Positions 1-9,644 of a DNA stretch of 64,000 bases are shown here, one piece after another. Within the stretch, counting starts at the first letter, position 1. Every line of letters starts with the position of its first letter. Below the pieces are notes generated by a model, which did not search any database, was not told where the DNA came from, and worked only from the letters and a program-made list of their open reading frames with translations. The stretch lies in assembly GCA_002753335.1 (NCBI GenBank), contig PEAD01000001.1, positions 139,245-203,244 of the forward strand. The letters are read 5' to 3'. This DNA is from Nitrospirae bacterium MYbin3 (GTDB lineage Bacteria; Nitrospirota; Thermodesulfovibrionia; Thermodesulfovibrionales; Dissulfurispiraceae). Both the position numbers and the translations under genes were made by a program.

Positions 1-131
1 GAGTCTTGACGGTTTTTTACAGTATGAATATTTCAGTCCAGGTAGCTACTATGTGGGTGCAGCAAAGAACGCACAGTTTATCAGGTGGCAGTTAATGTAC
101 AAAATATAGTTTCGCGTAAAAAGAACCTTAA

Positions 132-165
132 CAGCCCTCCTCTCAAAGGAGGGCTGTTTGTTTAT
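132..165 (+). terminator. Rho-independent terminator candidate ending an upstream gene
   Basis: Stem CAGCCCTCC / GGAGGGCTG (132-140, 148-156) with a 7-nt loop, followed by TTTGTTT. An open frame without a start runs 2-109 and ends at TAG 107-109, consistent with the 3' end of an upstream + strand gene. Confidence 0.5.
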
Positions 166-171
166 TGAGGT

Positions 172-1038
172 ATGATGACAGGAAAAAAAATATTTTTTGA
201 GAAAGTTGCGATTCTCGGCGTCGGTCTTATTGGCGGCTCATTAGCCTTATCTTTAAAACAGCGCGGATTATGCGGAACCATTGTGGGTTTTGGTCGCAGG
301 GAAGAATCTCTTTACAGGGCTAAAGAACTTAACCTGATAGATGAGTATAGCCTTGATGCGGCGCACGCCTGCACAGACGCAGACCTTATTGTTTTTGCGG
401 TGCCTGTCGGGCTTTTCAAAGAACTTGCTCTTAAAGCAACTACTGGCTTTAAAAGAGGCGCTATTGTAACTGATGTCGGAAGCGTTAAAGGAATGCTTGT
501 TTTTGAGATGGAATCGCTTATGCCGCAAGAGGTTTTTTATGTTGGATCACATCCCATAACAGGCAGCGAAAATTCCGGAATAGAAGATGCGAGGGCGGAT
601 ATGTTTGAAGGCGCGCATTGCATACTTACTCCCACCGAGAGCACCGACAGAAGTTCCTTGTTTACCGTTGCAGATCTTTGGAAGACTGTAGGTTGCAGGA
701 CAGAAGAGATCGACCCATCAAGGCATGATGAGATTTATGCTGCGGTTAGCCATTTCCCGCACATCCTTGCTTATGCTCTTGTTAATTCGGTTGACAGGAT
801 CGATTCTAATTTCATTCAATATGCAGGGCAGGGATTCAAAGATACTACAAGGATAGCTATGAGCTCTCCCGAGATGTGGAGGGATATTTCTCTTCTTAAT
901 AGAGAGAATCTGCTAAAGCTGTCGAAGCTTTTTAGAGAGAGGCTTGATCTTTTTGATAAACTTTTGAAGAGCGGCGATGCTGTGGGTTTAGAAAAAGAGT
1001 TCAGGAGCGCAAGGGAATCAAGGACGCGTCTTAAATAA
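172..1038 (+). CDS. tyrA: Prephenate/arogenate dehydrogenase
   Basis: 288-aa ORF. N-terminal Rossmann motif ILGVGLIGGS and a GSHPITGSE motif typical of the TyrA family. GAGG RBS upstream. Sits directly before aroA. Confidence 0.88.
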   Translation: MMTGKKIFFEKVAILGVGLIGGSLALSLKQRGLCGTIVGFGRREESLYRAKELNLIDEYSLDAAHACTDADLIVFAVPVGLFKELALKATTGFKRGAIVTDVGSVKGMLVFEMESLMPQEVFYVGSHPITGSENSGIEDARADMFEGAHCILTPTESTDRSSLFTVADLWKTVGCRTEEIDPSRHDEIYAAVSHFPHILAYALVNSVDRIDSNFIQYAGQGFKDTTRIAMSSPEMWRDISLLNRENLLKLSKLFRERLDLFDKLLKSGDAVGLEKEFRSARESRTRLK

Positions 1039-1045
1039 CCGCATT

Positions 1046-2332
1046 ATGAATAGTATCGAGCTTTTTAAATCAAAGGGATTAAGAGGCGAAATTACGCCTC
1101 CTTCCGACAAATCGATTTCGCACCGTGCGGTTATGTTCAGCGCACTTGCTGACGGCAAAAGCAGGGTCAGAAATTTTCTGCGTGCCGAAGACCCTATAAG
1201 CACTATGAATGTGTTCAGGCGTCTCGGCATAAGCATTGATGACAATGGCGATGAACTGATTATCGAAGGCAAAGGTTTGACAGGCCTCTCAGAACCGTTT
1301 GATATTCTTGACTGCGGCAACTCAGGCACAACAATGAGGCTTGTCTCGGGAGTTCTTGCAGGCAGTCCGTTTTTCTCTGTGCTTACGGGCGACGATTCAT
1401 TGCGGCAGCGGCCCATGGCGAGGGTAATAGAACCGCTCAGGCTGATGGGCGCAGCGATAGCGGGACGCGGAGGGGATAAATATTCACCGCTTGCGATTAG
1501 CGGCTGCAGACTTAAGGCTATTAAATACAAAATGCCTGTTGCTTCGGCTCAGGTTAAATCCTGCCTGATACTGGCTGGACTGTATGCAGAAGGCACCACC
1601 GAAATTTCTGAGCCATTTAAATCACGGGACCACACCGAAAGAATGCTTAAGGCTATGGGGGCAAATATAGATGTTGAACAGCTTTCGATTAAGGTTGCCA
1701 GCCACGAACTGAAAGCTATGGATGTTACGGTGCCCGGAGATTTTTCGTCAGCAGCTTTTTTTATTGCGGCTGCGTTGATGCTTCCGGACTCCGAGATAAT
1801 GATAAGAAACGTGGGCATGAATCCTACGCGTACAGGTTTTCTTGATGTCATAATGAGAATGGGCGCGGTCATTACGATAGAAAACAAAAGAGAAGTTTCT
1901 GGTGAGCCGGTTGCTGATTTGCTGTGCAAAAGCTGCGATGCTCTTAAGGCGGTCAGCATCGGTGCAGAGCTTATGCCGTCGCTTATTGACGAGTTTCCGA
2001 TTCTCTGTGTGCTTGCCACCCAGGCTGACGGCACTACCGAGATACGAGGTGCGGAAGAACTAAGGGTTAAAGAGTCGGACAGGATAAAGGCGGTTGCTGA
2101 AGAACTCAGGAGGTTCGGGGTTTCTCTTGAAGAGTTTCCTGATGGTATATCTATAAAGGGCAGAACAGATCTTAAGGGATGCATTGCAGAGAGTTATCAT
2201 GACCACAGGATCGCGATGTCTATGTCGATAGCTGCTTTGGCTGCGAGCGGCAAGACTGTGATAAATAACGCGTCTTGCGTTGATATTTCATTTCCGGGGT
2301 TTTTTGACAGGCTCCGGGGTTTATCGAGGTGA
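1046..2332 (+). CDS. aroA: 3-phosphoshikimate 1-carboxyvinyltransferase (EPSP synthase)
   Basis: 428-aa ORF with PSDKSISHR, CGNSGTTMRL and RVKESDRI motifs characteristic of EPSP synthase. Confidence 0.95.
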   Translation: MNSIELFKSKGLRGEITPPSDKSISHRAVMFSALADGKSRVRNFLRAEDPISTMNVFRRLGISIDDNGDELIIEGKGLTGLSEPFDILDCGNSGTTMRLVSGVLAGSPFFSVLTGDDSLRQRPMARVIEPLRLMGAAIAGRGGDKYSPLAISGCRLKAIKYKMPVASAQVKSCLILAGLYAEGTTEISEPFKSRDHTERMLKAMGANIDVEQLSIKVASHELKAMDVTVPGDFSSAAFFIAAALMLPDSEIMIRNVGMNPTRTGFLDVIMRMGAVITIENKREVSGEPVADLLCKSCDALKAVSIGAELMPSLIDEFPILCVLATQADGTTEIRGAEELRVKESDRIKAVAEELRRFGVSLEEFPDGISIKGRTDLKGCIAESYHDHRIAMSMSIAALAASGKTVINNASCVDISFPGFFDRLRGLSR

Positions 2333-2337
2333 AATGA

Positions 2338-2988
2338 ATGGGAAAGGTAATAGCGATAGACGGACCTTCGGGCGCAGGCAAAAGCAGTGTTTCAAAGGCG
2401 ATAGCAGAAAAGCTGGGCTTTCAGTTTCTGGATACAGGGGCCCTTTACAGGGCTATAGCATTGCATCTAAGACGAAAAGAGCTTTCTGATGATGCTTTAT
2501 ATGACGAAACATCAAATGCAATAAAGGGGATAACCATTGCGTTCAGTAATGACCGAGTTTTTTTAAATGGCAAGGATGTATCTGATGCGATACGCACCAC
2601 CGAAGCAGGACATTATGCATCCATTTTTTCGGCAAAGAAAGCGGTGAGAGATGCACTTTTAAGCATTCAGCGAGATGCTGCAGTTAACCATGATGTTGTC
2701 GCTGAGGGACGTGACATGGGAACTGTGGTTTTCCCGGATGCATGGAAAAAGTTTTACCTCGATGCTTCTGAGGAGGGGCGGGCTAAAAGGCGCTACGACC
2801 AGCTGCAAGGCAAAGGAGTAGAGATAACAATAGAAGAGGCGCTTAACGATGTTAGAGAGCGGGACTTAAGAGACAGCAAAAGAGATATCGCACCGTTGAA
2901 AAAAGCGGACGATGCGATTTGTATAGATTCCACCTTTTTAAGTTTGGACGAGGTTGTTGAAAAAATACTCAGCTGCATAGATGAATAG
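2338..2988 (+). CDS. cmk: Cytidylate kinase
   Basis: 216-aa ORF with P-loop GPSGAGKSS followed by LDTGALYRA. Conserved aroA-cmk arrangement. Confidence 0.93.
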   Translation: MGKVIAIDGPSGAGKSSVSKAIAEKLGFQFLDTGALYRAIALHLRRKELSDDALYDETSNAIKGITIAFSNDRVFLNGKDVSDAIRTTEAGHYASIFSAKKAVRDALLSIQRDAAVNHDVVAEGRDMGTVVFPDAWKKFYLDASEEGRAKRRYDQLQGKGVEITIEEALNDVRERDLRDSKRDIAPLKKADDAICIDSTFLSLDEVVEKILSCIDE

Positions 2989-3026
2989 TCAATAGATTAC
3001 AGTTGCTCTTGTTATAATTAATCATC

Positions 3027-4415
3027 ATGAAAAAATTTCCGAGGTTGGTTGTTGCGGGTATCCGCGGCGGGAGCGGCAAGACCACGCTATCGTTATCGCT
3101 GATAGCTGCGTTTAGAAGAAGAAAAGGGCTTAAGGTGGGTCCTTTTAAAAAAGGCCCCGATTATATAGACGCCGGATGGATGTCTGTTGCAGCAGGCGGT
3201 CCATGCTATAACCTCGATACTTTTCTTGTGCCGCAGGAGCGCATTATACCTTCTTTTACCGGTCATTTTTCGGGAGGCATTGCGATTATTGAGGGCAACC
3301 GGGGGCTTTATGACGGAATGGATGCCGAGGGCTCATACAGCACCGCAGAACTCTCAAAACTGCTAAAAAGCCCGGTGCTTCTTATTCTTGACTGTACAAA
3401 GATGACTAGAACCGCTGCCGCTATTGTGCTTGGGTGCATGAATCTCGACAGTGATGTAAATATAGGCGGTATTGTTCTGAATCAGGTTTCGAGCAGCCGA
3501 CATGAGTCGGTGGTAAGGGTTTCTATCGAAAAATATTGTTCTGTGCCTGTTCTCGGTGCATTTCCACGGCTTAAGGCAGAGGAGCTTCCTGAGCGCCACA
3601 TGGGGTTAACGCCTTGCTATGAGCATCCGGATACCGAAACCGCTATAACACTGCTTGAGCAGATGGCAGAAAAATATCTGGATCTGGATAAAATTTTAGA
3701 TCTGGCATTATCCGCGCCGCCGCTTGATTTTCACATAGATAAGACAGTTGTGCGGACAAGGCCGGAGCCGGATGTGAGAATAGGGATAATAAAGGATTCT
3801 GCCTTTCAGTTTTATTATCAGGAAAACCTCGAAGCTCTTGAAGATTGCGGGGCCGAACTTGTTCCTGTGAATGCCCTGTCTGATGCTGTGCTTCCGGACA
3901 TAGACGGCCTTTACATAGGCGGGGGCTTCCCCGAAACCAATGCTATAAAACTTGCGGAAAACGAGAGATTTAGAAATTCGGTGAGGGATGCTGCCGAAAA
4001 AGGCCTTCCTATTTATGCTGAATGCGGCGGGTTGATGTTCCTTGGCGAATCTATAGAGGTTGCAGGAAGCACATACCCAATGGCAGGGGTTTTGCCTGTA
4101 AAGTTTGCGATGCACAAAAAACCGCAGGCGCATGGCTATGCGATTGTGGAGGTTGAAGCCGACAATCCATTTCATAAGCAGGGAACAGTGCTTCACGGCC
4201 ATGAGTTCCACTATTCTTCGGTTGTGGAAACGACCGGCCGAAAAGGCTGCTCAACAGCGCTTAAGATGAAAAGAGGCCACGGAATAAAAGACAAGAAAGA
4301 CGGACTATGCTATAAAAATGTTTTTGCCGCATACACGCACATTCATGCGCATGGAGCGCCTGATTGGGCCGGGGCTTTTACGGCAAAGGCGCGTGAATTC
4401 AGGGAGGGAAGATGA
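3027..4415 (+). CDS. dsrN: Cobyrinic acid a,c-diamide synthase family amidase, DsrN-like by context
   Basis: 462-aa ORF. N-terminal nucleotide-binding GGSGKTT and a C-terminal glutamine amidotransferase region with AECGGLMFL (Cys nucleophile). Located in a dsr locus upstream of dsrC and dsrMKJOP. Assignment as DsrN rather than CbiA is contextual. Confidence 0.75.
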   Translation: MKKFPRLVVAGIRGGSGKTTLSLSLIAAFRRRKGLKVGPFKKGPDYIDAGWMSVAAGGPCYNLDTFLVPQERIIPSFTGHFSGGIAIIEGNRGLYDGMDAEGSYSTAELSKLLKSPVLLILDCTKMTRTAAAIVLGCMNLDSDVNIGGIVLNQVSSSRHESVVRVSIEKYCSVPVLGAFPRLKAEELPERHMGLTPCYEHPDTETAITLLEQMAEKYLDLDKILDLALSAPPLDFHIDKTVVRTRPEPDVRIGIIKDSAFQFYYQENLEALEDCGAELVPVNALSDAVLPDIDGLYIGGGFPETNAIKLAENERFRNSVRDAAEKGLPIYAECGGLMFLGESIEVAGSTYPMAGVLPVKFAMHKKPQAHGYAIVEVEADNPFHKQGTVLHGHEFHYSSVVETTGRKGCSTALKMKRGHGIKDKKDGLCYKNVFAAYTHIHAHGAPDWAGAFTAKAREFREGR

Positions 4416-5443
4416 ACAAATACACGCCGGAATGTCCATTCTGCGCAAAACATATAGAGCGGCCTGCAGATATCAAGACCGAGTTTGGCCCTGTACTCGC
4501 TGGCCGTTGCGGGTGTGGTGGGGTATATGTCTGCGACACCACAGGACACAATACAGGCGAGGCCTATATGGAATGTCTTGCTCTTGCAAAGGGCGACTGG
4601 GAAATGGGCTCAATGCAGGATACGGACTATCATACTGACGAAATGGACTATGACATCAAAAGGCATGCGAGGATTTATTCCAAAAGTCTTGCGGGCGGAG
4701 CAGGGAAGCTGATCTTTGTAAAAATGGGGCAACCTCAGTCTGAAGAAATCAAAATCGCCGAACCTGATAAAGAGAGTGCGGGTGTAGTCCCCCAAGGCAG
4801 AATTAAGACAAAAGACCGCATACACGAATGGCTGAAGGTCAACGATTTGGAGCCGATAGGATTATTGGCGCTTACTGATAAAAGCGTTATCAAGTCACTT
4901 ATCTCTTTATCATACGACAAGGATAGCGTGTTGAGCTGGAGGGCTATGGAAGCTCTCGGCGTTGTTGCAAAACAGCTTTCAAGGGATAAGGTAGAGGTTA
5001 TCAGGGATGCTATCCGCAGGCTGCTCTGGTCTATGGGCGAAGAGTCTGGCGGCATAGGTTGGAGCGCAGCAGAGATGCTGGGCGAGATTATAATGAACAA
5101 TCCCGAGGCCTTCAGCGATATTGTGCCCATAGTCTGGTCGTTTAAGGATGAGGAGATGTTCAGGGCCGGTGTTGTCAGGGCTTTGGGAAGGGTCGGCAGT
5201 GTCAGGCCCGATTTAGTGCGGTTTGCGGTTTCGGAGATGAGGCAGATGTTGAACGACCCCAATCCGAATGTGAGGGCGCAGGCTGCATGGGCGCTGGGTG
5301 TGCTTAAGGATAAGGATTCTGTTCAAACGCTGGCAGACCTTTGCAAGGAAGAGGCAGAAGTTGATTTTTATCAGGGAGGAGAGTTGTACAAGAGCACTGT
5401 AGGCCGGATTTCGGCTGATGCAAAGGATAAATGCGCTCAATAA
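4412..5443 (+). CDS. Cys-rich N-terminus / HEAT-repeat protein, function unknown
   Basis: 343-aa ORF. Its start overlaps the dsrN stop (ATGA at 4412-4415). The N-terminus has CPFC...CGCGGVYVC...C. The C-terminal half has HEAT/PBS-lyase-like repeats (e.g. DPNPNVRAQAAWALGVLKD). Confidence 0.8.
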   Translation: MNKYTPECPFCAKHIERPADIKTEFGPVLAGRCGCGGVYVCDTTGHNTGEAYMECLALAKGDWEMGSMQDTDYHTDEMDYDIKRHARIYSKSLAGGAGKLIFVKMGQPQSEEIKIAEPDKESAGVVPQGRIKTKDRIHEWLKVNDLEPIGLLALTDKSVIKSLISLSYDKDSVLSWRAMEALGVVAKQLSRDKVEVIRDAIRRLLWSMGEESGGIGWSAAEMLGEIIMNNPEAFSDIVPIVWSFKDEEMFRAGVVRALGRVGSVRPDLVRFAVSEMRQMLNDPNPNVRAQAAWALGVLKDKDSVQTLADLCKEEAEVDFYQGGELYKSTVGRISADAKDKCAQ

Positions 5444-5521
5444 AACTATAAGATTAATTTATTTGACCTTGCATGCAGTCCTGTATTAATTTGAAGAACT
5501 TTTTTTACAGGCCCAATCGAC

Positions 5522-5550
5522 TTGTAAATAGCGAAAATTGCTGATAGAAT
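5522..5550 (+). promoter_or_regulatory. Sigma70-like promoter candidate for dsrC
   Basis: TTGTAA (5522-5527), 17-nt spacer, TAGAAT (5545-5550), about 45 nt upstream of the dsrC start. AGGAGG RBS at about 5581. Confidence 0.35.
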
Positions 5551-5593
5551 AGAAAACTTAATTTTAGGGAACACAACAAAAGGAGGTAGTATA

Positions 5594-5929
5594 ATGGCAA
5601 CAGTTGATTTTGAGGGAAAGCAGATTGAAGTTGACGAAGATGGTTATCTTGTAAGTCTTGATGACTGGGCACCGGGTCTTGCTACTCAGCTCGCAAAAGG
5701 TGATGATCTGGAGCTTACGGAAGCTCATTGGGAGGTAATCAACTTTCTGAGAGATTACTATCAGAAGTACCAGATTGCTCCGATGATCAAGATTCTTGTT
5801 AAAGAAATAGCGAAGGTCATGGGGCCGGAAAAAGGCAACACCAAGTACCTTTACGAGCTTTATCCGGACGGACCGGCAAAGCAGGCCTGCAGATACGCCG
5901 GACTGCCCAAGCCTACCGGCTGCGTATAA
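5594..5929 (+). CDS. dsrC: DsrC (dissimilatory sulfite reductase gamma-type protein)
   Basis: 111-aa ORF of the DsrC/TusE family. The C-terminal arm CRYAGLPKPTGCV carries both conserved cysteines (the penultimate Cys and a Cys 10 residues upstream), diagnostic of a bona fide DsrC. Strong RBS. Confidence 0.95.
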   Translation: MATVDFEGKQIEVDEDGYLVSLDDWAPGLATQLAKGDDLELTEAHWEVINFLRDYYQKYQIAPMIKILVKEIAKVMGPEKGNTKYLYELYPDGPAKQACRYAGLPKPTGCV

Positions 5930-5945
5930 TTCAATCAATAAATCC

Positions 5946-5980
5946 GCATGAGGCGGCATTAGCCGCCTCATGCATTTCTT
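5946..5980 (+). terminator. Rho-independent terminator after dsrC
   Basis: Perfect 12-bp stem GCATGAGGCGGC / GCCGCCTCATGC (5946-5957, 5962-5973), loop ATTA, then ATTTCTTT. Confidence 0.65.
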
Positions 5981-6025
5981 TAAGCTGTTTTCAGGGGAAA
6001 TTTTTGCGGGGGTGGGAGCATCTGC

Positions 6026-6622
6026 ATGAAGCTGTATGAGTTTCTGTCAGAAAACAAAACGGCAATAGTATCTGCATGGTTCAACGAGATACTGGCATCT
6101 TATCCGTCTGATACTTCCAATTTTCTTAAGAACAAAAAAGACCGCTTCGCCAATCCGGTAGGCCAGACTATCCTCGATGGCATGGAAGGCTTAATCTCCC
6201 AAATTATTGCAGCGCTTAAAAACAGAGAGGGGCTTGACAACGGCAGGACAGACCCACTGCTTGACGGCATAGTCAGGATTAGGGCGATTCAGGAGTTCAC
6301 GCCTTCGGAGGCTGTGGGATTTATTTTGGGGTTGAAGCAGGTGGTTTCTGGTCATATTAATAATTCCTCAAACGGCGCATCCGAGTTTTCGGGAAATGAA
6401 TTGATAGAAATGGGAAGCATCATAGACACCCTGTCGCTCAGGGCCTTCGATATTTACATGAGCTGCAGGGAAAAAATCTATGAGCTTAAGGCGAACGAGG
6501 CGAAGAAACTGACTTTCAGGCTGCTCCAACAGGCAAACCTGATAAATGAGAGCAGGATGTCCGACCCTTGTTTTTTGAATTTCAAAAATACTGACAAAGA
6601 AAGGAAAGAGGTTTTGAAATGA
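6026..6622 (+). CDS. dsrT: DsrT-like protein (RsbRD-N-like N-terminal region)
   Basis: 198-aa soluble ORF immediately upstream of dsrM, overlapping it (ATGA at 6619-6622). This is the position occupied by dsrT in many dsr loci. DRFANPVG motif near the N-terminus. Assignment is mainly positional. Confidence 0.55.
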   Translation: MKLYEFLSENKTAIVSAWFNEILASYPSDTSNFLKNKKDRFANPVGQTILDGMEGLISQIIAALKNREGLDNGRTDPLLDGIVRIRAIQEFTPSEAVGFILGLKQVVSGHINNSSNGASEFSGNELIEMGSIIDTLSLRAFDIYMSCREKIYELKANEAKKLTFRLLQQANLINESRMSDPCFLNFKNTDKERKEVLK

Positions 6623-7623
6623 AAATGTTATTACCCTTTGTCGCAGTGATGGCGTTGGCAGCAGCAGCGCTCATGGCGGTAAATGTGGCGAACCTGCATT
6701 TTCTGTTCGGTGTAATCATCCCTTATATCGCCTTTGCGGTGTTTGTGGGAGGATTCGTTTACCGGATAGTAAAGTGGGCTTCTTCACCCGTACCGTTCCG
6801 CATACCTACAACGTGCGGACAAGAGTTTTCTCTCCCATGGGTCAAGCAGAACAAGATCGAGAACCCTTCCACAGCAGCAGGAGTTATTATAAGGATGGCG
6901 CTCGAGATATTTTTATTCCGTTCACTTTTCAGGAATATCAAGGCGGAGCTGAGGGACGGCCAAAAGATAGTTTATGGTTCGGACAAGTGGCTTTGGCTTG
7001 CCGGTCTTGCGTTCCACTGGACCTTTCTTGTAATACTCGTCAGGCACCTCAGGTTTTTTGTGGGGGATGTGCCTATGTGCATTGCAGCTCTCGAACATCT
7101 TGACGGATTCCTGCAGATAGGGGTTCCGATGCTTTATATCACCGATGGCGTTATCCTTGCCGCTATTGGCTATCTTTTTATAAGAAGAGTTTTGCTGCCG
7201 CAGATTCGCTACATCTCTTTGCCTGCGGACTACTTCCCGCTTTTTCTTATAGCAGCGGTTGTGATTTCGGGCATATTAATGAGATACATCACCAAGGTTG
7301 ATGTAGTCGGGGTTAAGAACTTTACTATGGGACTGGTAACTTTCAACCCTGTCATACCTGCAACGTTGATGCAGGGCAATGGAGCGTTTTTTTTCCTGCA
7401 TGTATTTTTGATTTCGGCTCTTTTCGCCTATTTCCCGTTCAGCAAGCTGATGCATATGGGCGGTGTATTTATGAGTCCGACGAGGAATATGATAAACAAC
7501 AGCCGTATGGTAAGGCATGTAAACCCATGGAACTATCCTGTTCATGTTCATACTTATGAAGAATATGAGAATGATTTCAGGGCAAAGATGAAAGATGCCG
7601 GCATACCGGTCGAAAAGGAGTAG
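6619..7623 (+). CDS. dsrM: DsrM, membrane di-haem b subunit (NarI/HdrE-like)
   Basis: 334-aa polytopic membrane ORF and first gene of a five-gene M-K-J-O-P series. Its hydrophobic helices carry conserved His residues. Confidence 0.88.
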   Translation: MKMLLPFVAVMALAAAALMAVNVANLHFLFGVIIPYIAFAVFVGGFVYRIVKWASSPVPFRIPTTCGQEFSLPWVKQNKIENPSTAAGVIIRMALEIFLFRSLFRNIKAELRDGQKIVYGSDKWLWLAGLAFHWTFLVILVRHLRFFVGDVPMCIAALEHLDGFLQIGVPMLYITDGVILAAIGYLFIRRVLLPQIRYISLPADYFPLFLIAAVVISGILMRYITKVDVVGVKNFTMGLVTFNPVIPATLMQGNGAFFFLHVFLISALFAYFPFSKLMHMGGVFMSPTRNMINNSRMVRHVNPWNYPVHVHTYEEYENDFRAKMKDAGIPVEKE

Positions 7624-7626
7624 CCC

Positions 7627-9240
7627 ATGGCAAAATTCACAGCTAAACCAAAAGACCTTATAAATATCGACTACACTCCGCCGAAGACCGAGTGGATGGA
7701 CACCCCGACCGAAATTCGGGAGCATATGTTCTGCCATGCTACAAAGGCAAAGGACCTCGAGACCGTAGAGTTTCCGAACATCCATGAATGGAGGCCTCAG
7801 GACGAAGATTGGAACCTTCCTGCGAACTGGGAGCAGATTGTCCTTCAGGGCATGCAGGATCTGCTGAAAAAATACAGGTCATTCCAGCTTTTTATGGATA
7901 TCTGTGTAAGGTGCGGAGCCTGCGCAGACAAATGCCATTTTTTCATCGGCTCCGGCGATCCGAAAAATATGCCGGTTTTAAGGGCAGAGCTTCTTAGATC
8001 TGTTTACAGGGGCAACTTCACCCTCGCAGGAAAGATACTTAAAAAAATAGCCGGGGCAAGAGAACTTACCCCGAGTGTTATTAAAGAGTGGTGGTACTAT
8101 TTTTATCAGTGTACAGAATGCCGCCGCTGCTCGGTCTTCTGTCCTTACGGAATAGACACCGCAGAGATAACCATGATGGCGAGAGAGCTGCTGAATCTCT
8201 TGGGATTGCAGTTGGGATGGATAGGCGGCCCTGTTGCGAACTGTTACATGAAGGGCAACCATTTAGGCCTCGAGCCGCATACCATTAAATCGAGCGTTGA
8301 ATTCTTCCTCGACGACATAAAAGAGATAACAGGTATAACTATCGAGCCCACCTTTAACAGGAAGGGAGCAGAAATACTCTTTGTCACACCTTCAGGAGAT
8401 TTGTTTGCAAACCCCGGCACATATACGGCTATGGGCTACCTGATGCTCTTTCATGAACTAGGCCTCGACTACACATGGAGCACATACGCATCCGAAGGCG
8501 GCAACTTCGGCTTCTTCACATCCAATGAGATGGCAAAGAGGCTCAATTCCAAAATTTATGCAGAGGCCAAAAGGCTCGGCGTAAAATGGATACTGGGCGG
8601 CGAGTGCGGCCACATGTGGAGGGTTATCCACCAGTATATGGACACATGGCAGGGACCGGCCGATTTTCTTCAGGAGCCGGTGTCTCCTATCACAGGCACC
8701 AAGTTCGAGAATGCCAAAGCCACAAAGATGGTGCATATCGCGGAGTTCACAGCAGACCTTATCAAGCACAACAAGCTGAAGCTCGACAAGAGCAGGAACG
8801 ACCACCTCGTCGTTACTTATCACGACTCCTGCAACACTTCAAGGGGAATGGGCATGCTTGAGGAGCCGAGATATATCATTAACAATGTTTGCAACCATTT
8901 CCATGAGATGCCTGAAGACACTATCAAGGAAAAGACCTTCTGTTGCGGCAGCGGCACAGGCTTGAACGCATCAGAAAATATGGAGCTAAGGATGCGGGGC
9001 GGTCTGCCGAGGGCGAATGCGGTCAAATACGTCAAAGAAAAACACGGGGTTAATATGTTGGCCAATGTATGTGCCATAGACAGGGCTACGCTTTCGGCCT
9101 CGGTCGATTACTGGGTGCCCGGCACTGCAGTATGCGGCACTCACGAGCTTGTGGCAAACGCCCTCGTTATGAAGGGTGAAAAGGAGAGGACCCTAGATAT
9201 AAGACTCGAACCTCTTCCGGGAAAGGAGGCCAGTGAATAA
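7627..9240 (+). CDS. dsrK: DsrK, HdrD-like iron-sulfur catalytic subunit
   Basis: 537-aa ORF with two ferredoxin-type motifs (CVRCGACADKC, CTECRRCSVFC) and CCG-domain cysteines (HDSCNTSRG, FCCGSGTG), as in HdrD/DsrK. Confidence 0.92.
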   Translation: MAKFTAKPKDLINIDYTPPKTEWMDTPTEIREHMFCHATKAKDLETVEFPNIHEWRPQDEDWNLPANWEQIVLQGMQDLLKKYRSFQLFMDICVRCGACADKCHFFIGSGDPKNMPVLRAELLRSVYRGNFTLAGKILKKIAGARELTPSVIKEWWYYFYQCTECRRCSVFCPYGIDTAEITMMARELLNLLGLQLGWIGGPVANCYMKGNHLGLEPHTIKSSVEFFLDDIKEITGITIEPTFNRKGAEILFVTPSGDLFANPGTYTAMGYLMLFHELGLDYTWSTYASEGGNFGFFTSNEMAKRLNSKIYAEAKRLGVKWILGGECGHMWRVIHQYMDTWQGPADFLQEPVSPITGTKFENAKATKMVHIAEFTADLIKHNKLKLDKSRNDHLVVTYHDSCNTSRGMGMLEEPRYIINNVCNHFHEMPEDTIKEKTFCCGSGTGLNASENMELRMRGGLPRANAVKYVKEKHGVNMLANVCAIDRATLSASVDYWVPGTAVCGTHELVANALVMKGEKERTLDIRLEPLPGKEASE

Positions 9241-9644
9241 TGTATAACAGCGGCAAGATAATTCCGGGGATAATAATCTTTTTGGCGATAGTGCTATTCC
9301 CTTTCTGGTCAAATCTAGGGAAGGCAAATGTAAAGCCCGAGCCGAAGATAGACACTCCTGTCATTCAGCAGATGCCGGTTGAAGAGCGCAAATGCATAGA
9401 GCCTAAGGAGTTTATGAAAGCCGGCCATATGCAGATGCTCAATGACTGGCGCGACTCGGTAATACGAGACGGCAACAGGGTTTTTGTAAGCTCAACAGGC
9501 AAGCATTACAACATGAGCCTTCAGAACGAATGCTTGAGGTGCCATTCCAACAAGAAGGACTTTTGCGACAAGTGCCACAACTACCTTGCCGTAAAACCTT
9601 ACTGTTTCGACTGCCATATTGAACCGAAGGAGAACAAGTCATGA
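9240..9644 (+). CDS. dsrJ: DsrJ, periplasmic tri-haem cytochrome c
   Basis: 134-aa ORF with an N-terminal membrane anchor/signal and exactly three CxxCH motifs (CLRCH, CDKCH, CFDCH). Confidence 0.9.
   Translation: MYNSGKIIPGIIIFLAIVLFPFWSNLGKANVKPEPKIDTPVIQQMPVEERKCIEPKEFMKAGHMQMLNDWRDSVIRDGNRVFVSSTGKHYNMSLQNECLRCHSNKKDFCDKCHNYLAVKPYCFDCHIEPKENKS

Noticed and set aside
1018-2184. 170-aa and 211-aa minus-strand ORFs opposite aroA
   Set aside because: These are Ser/Pro/Ala-rich low-complexity translations antisense to an unambiguous EPSP synthase gene, so they are shadow ORFs.
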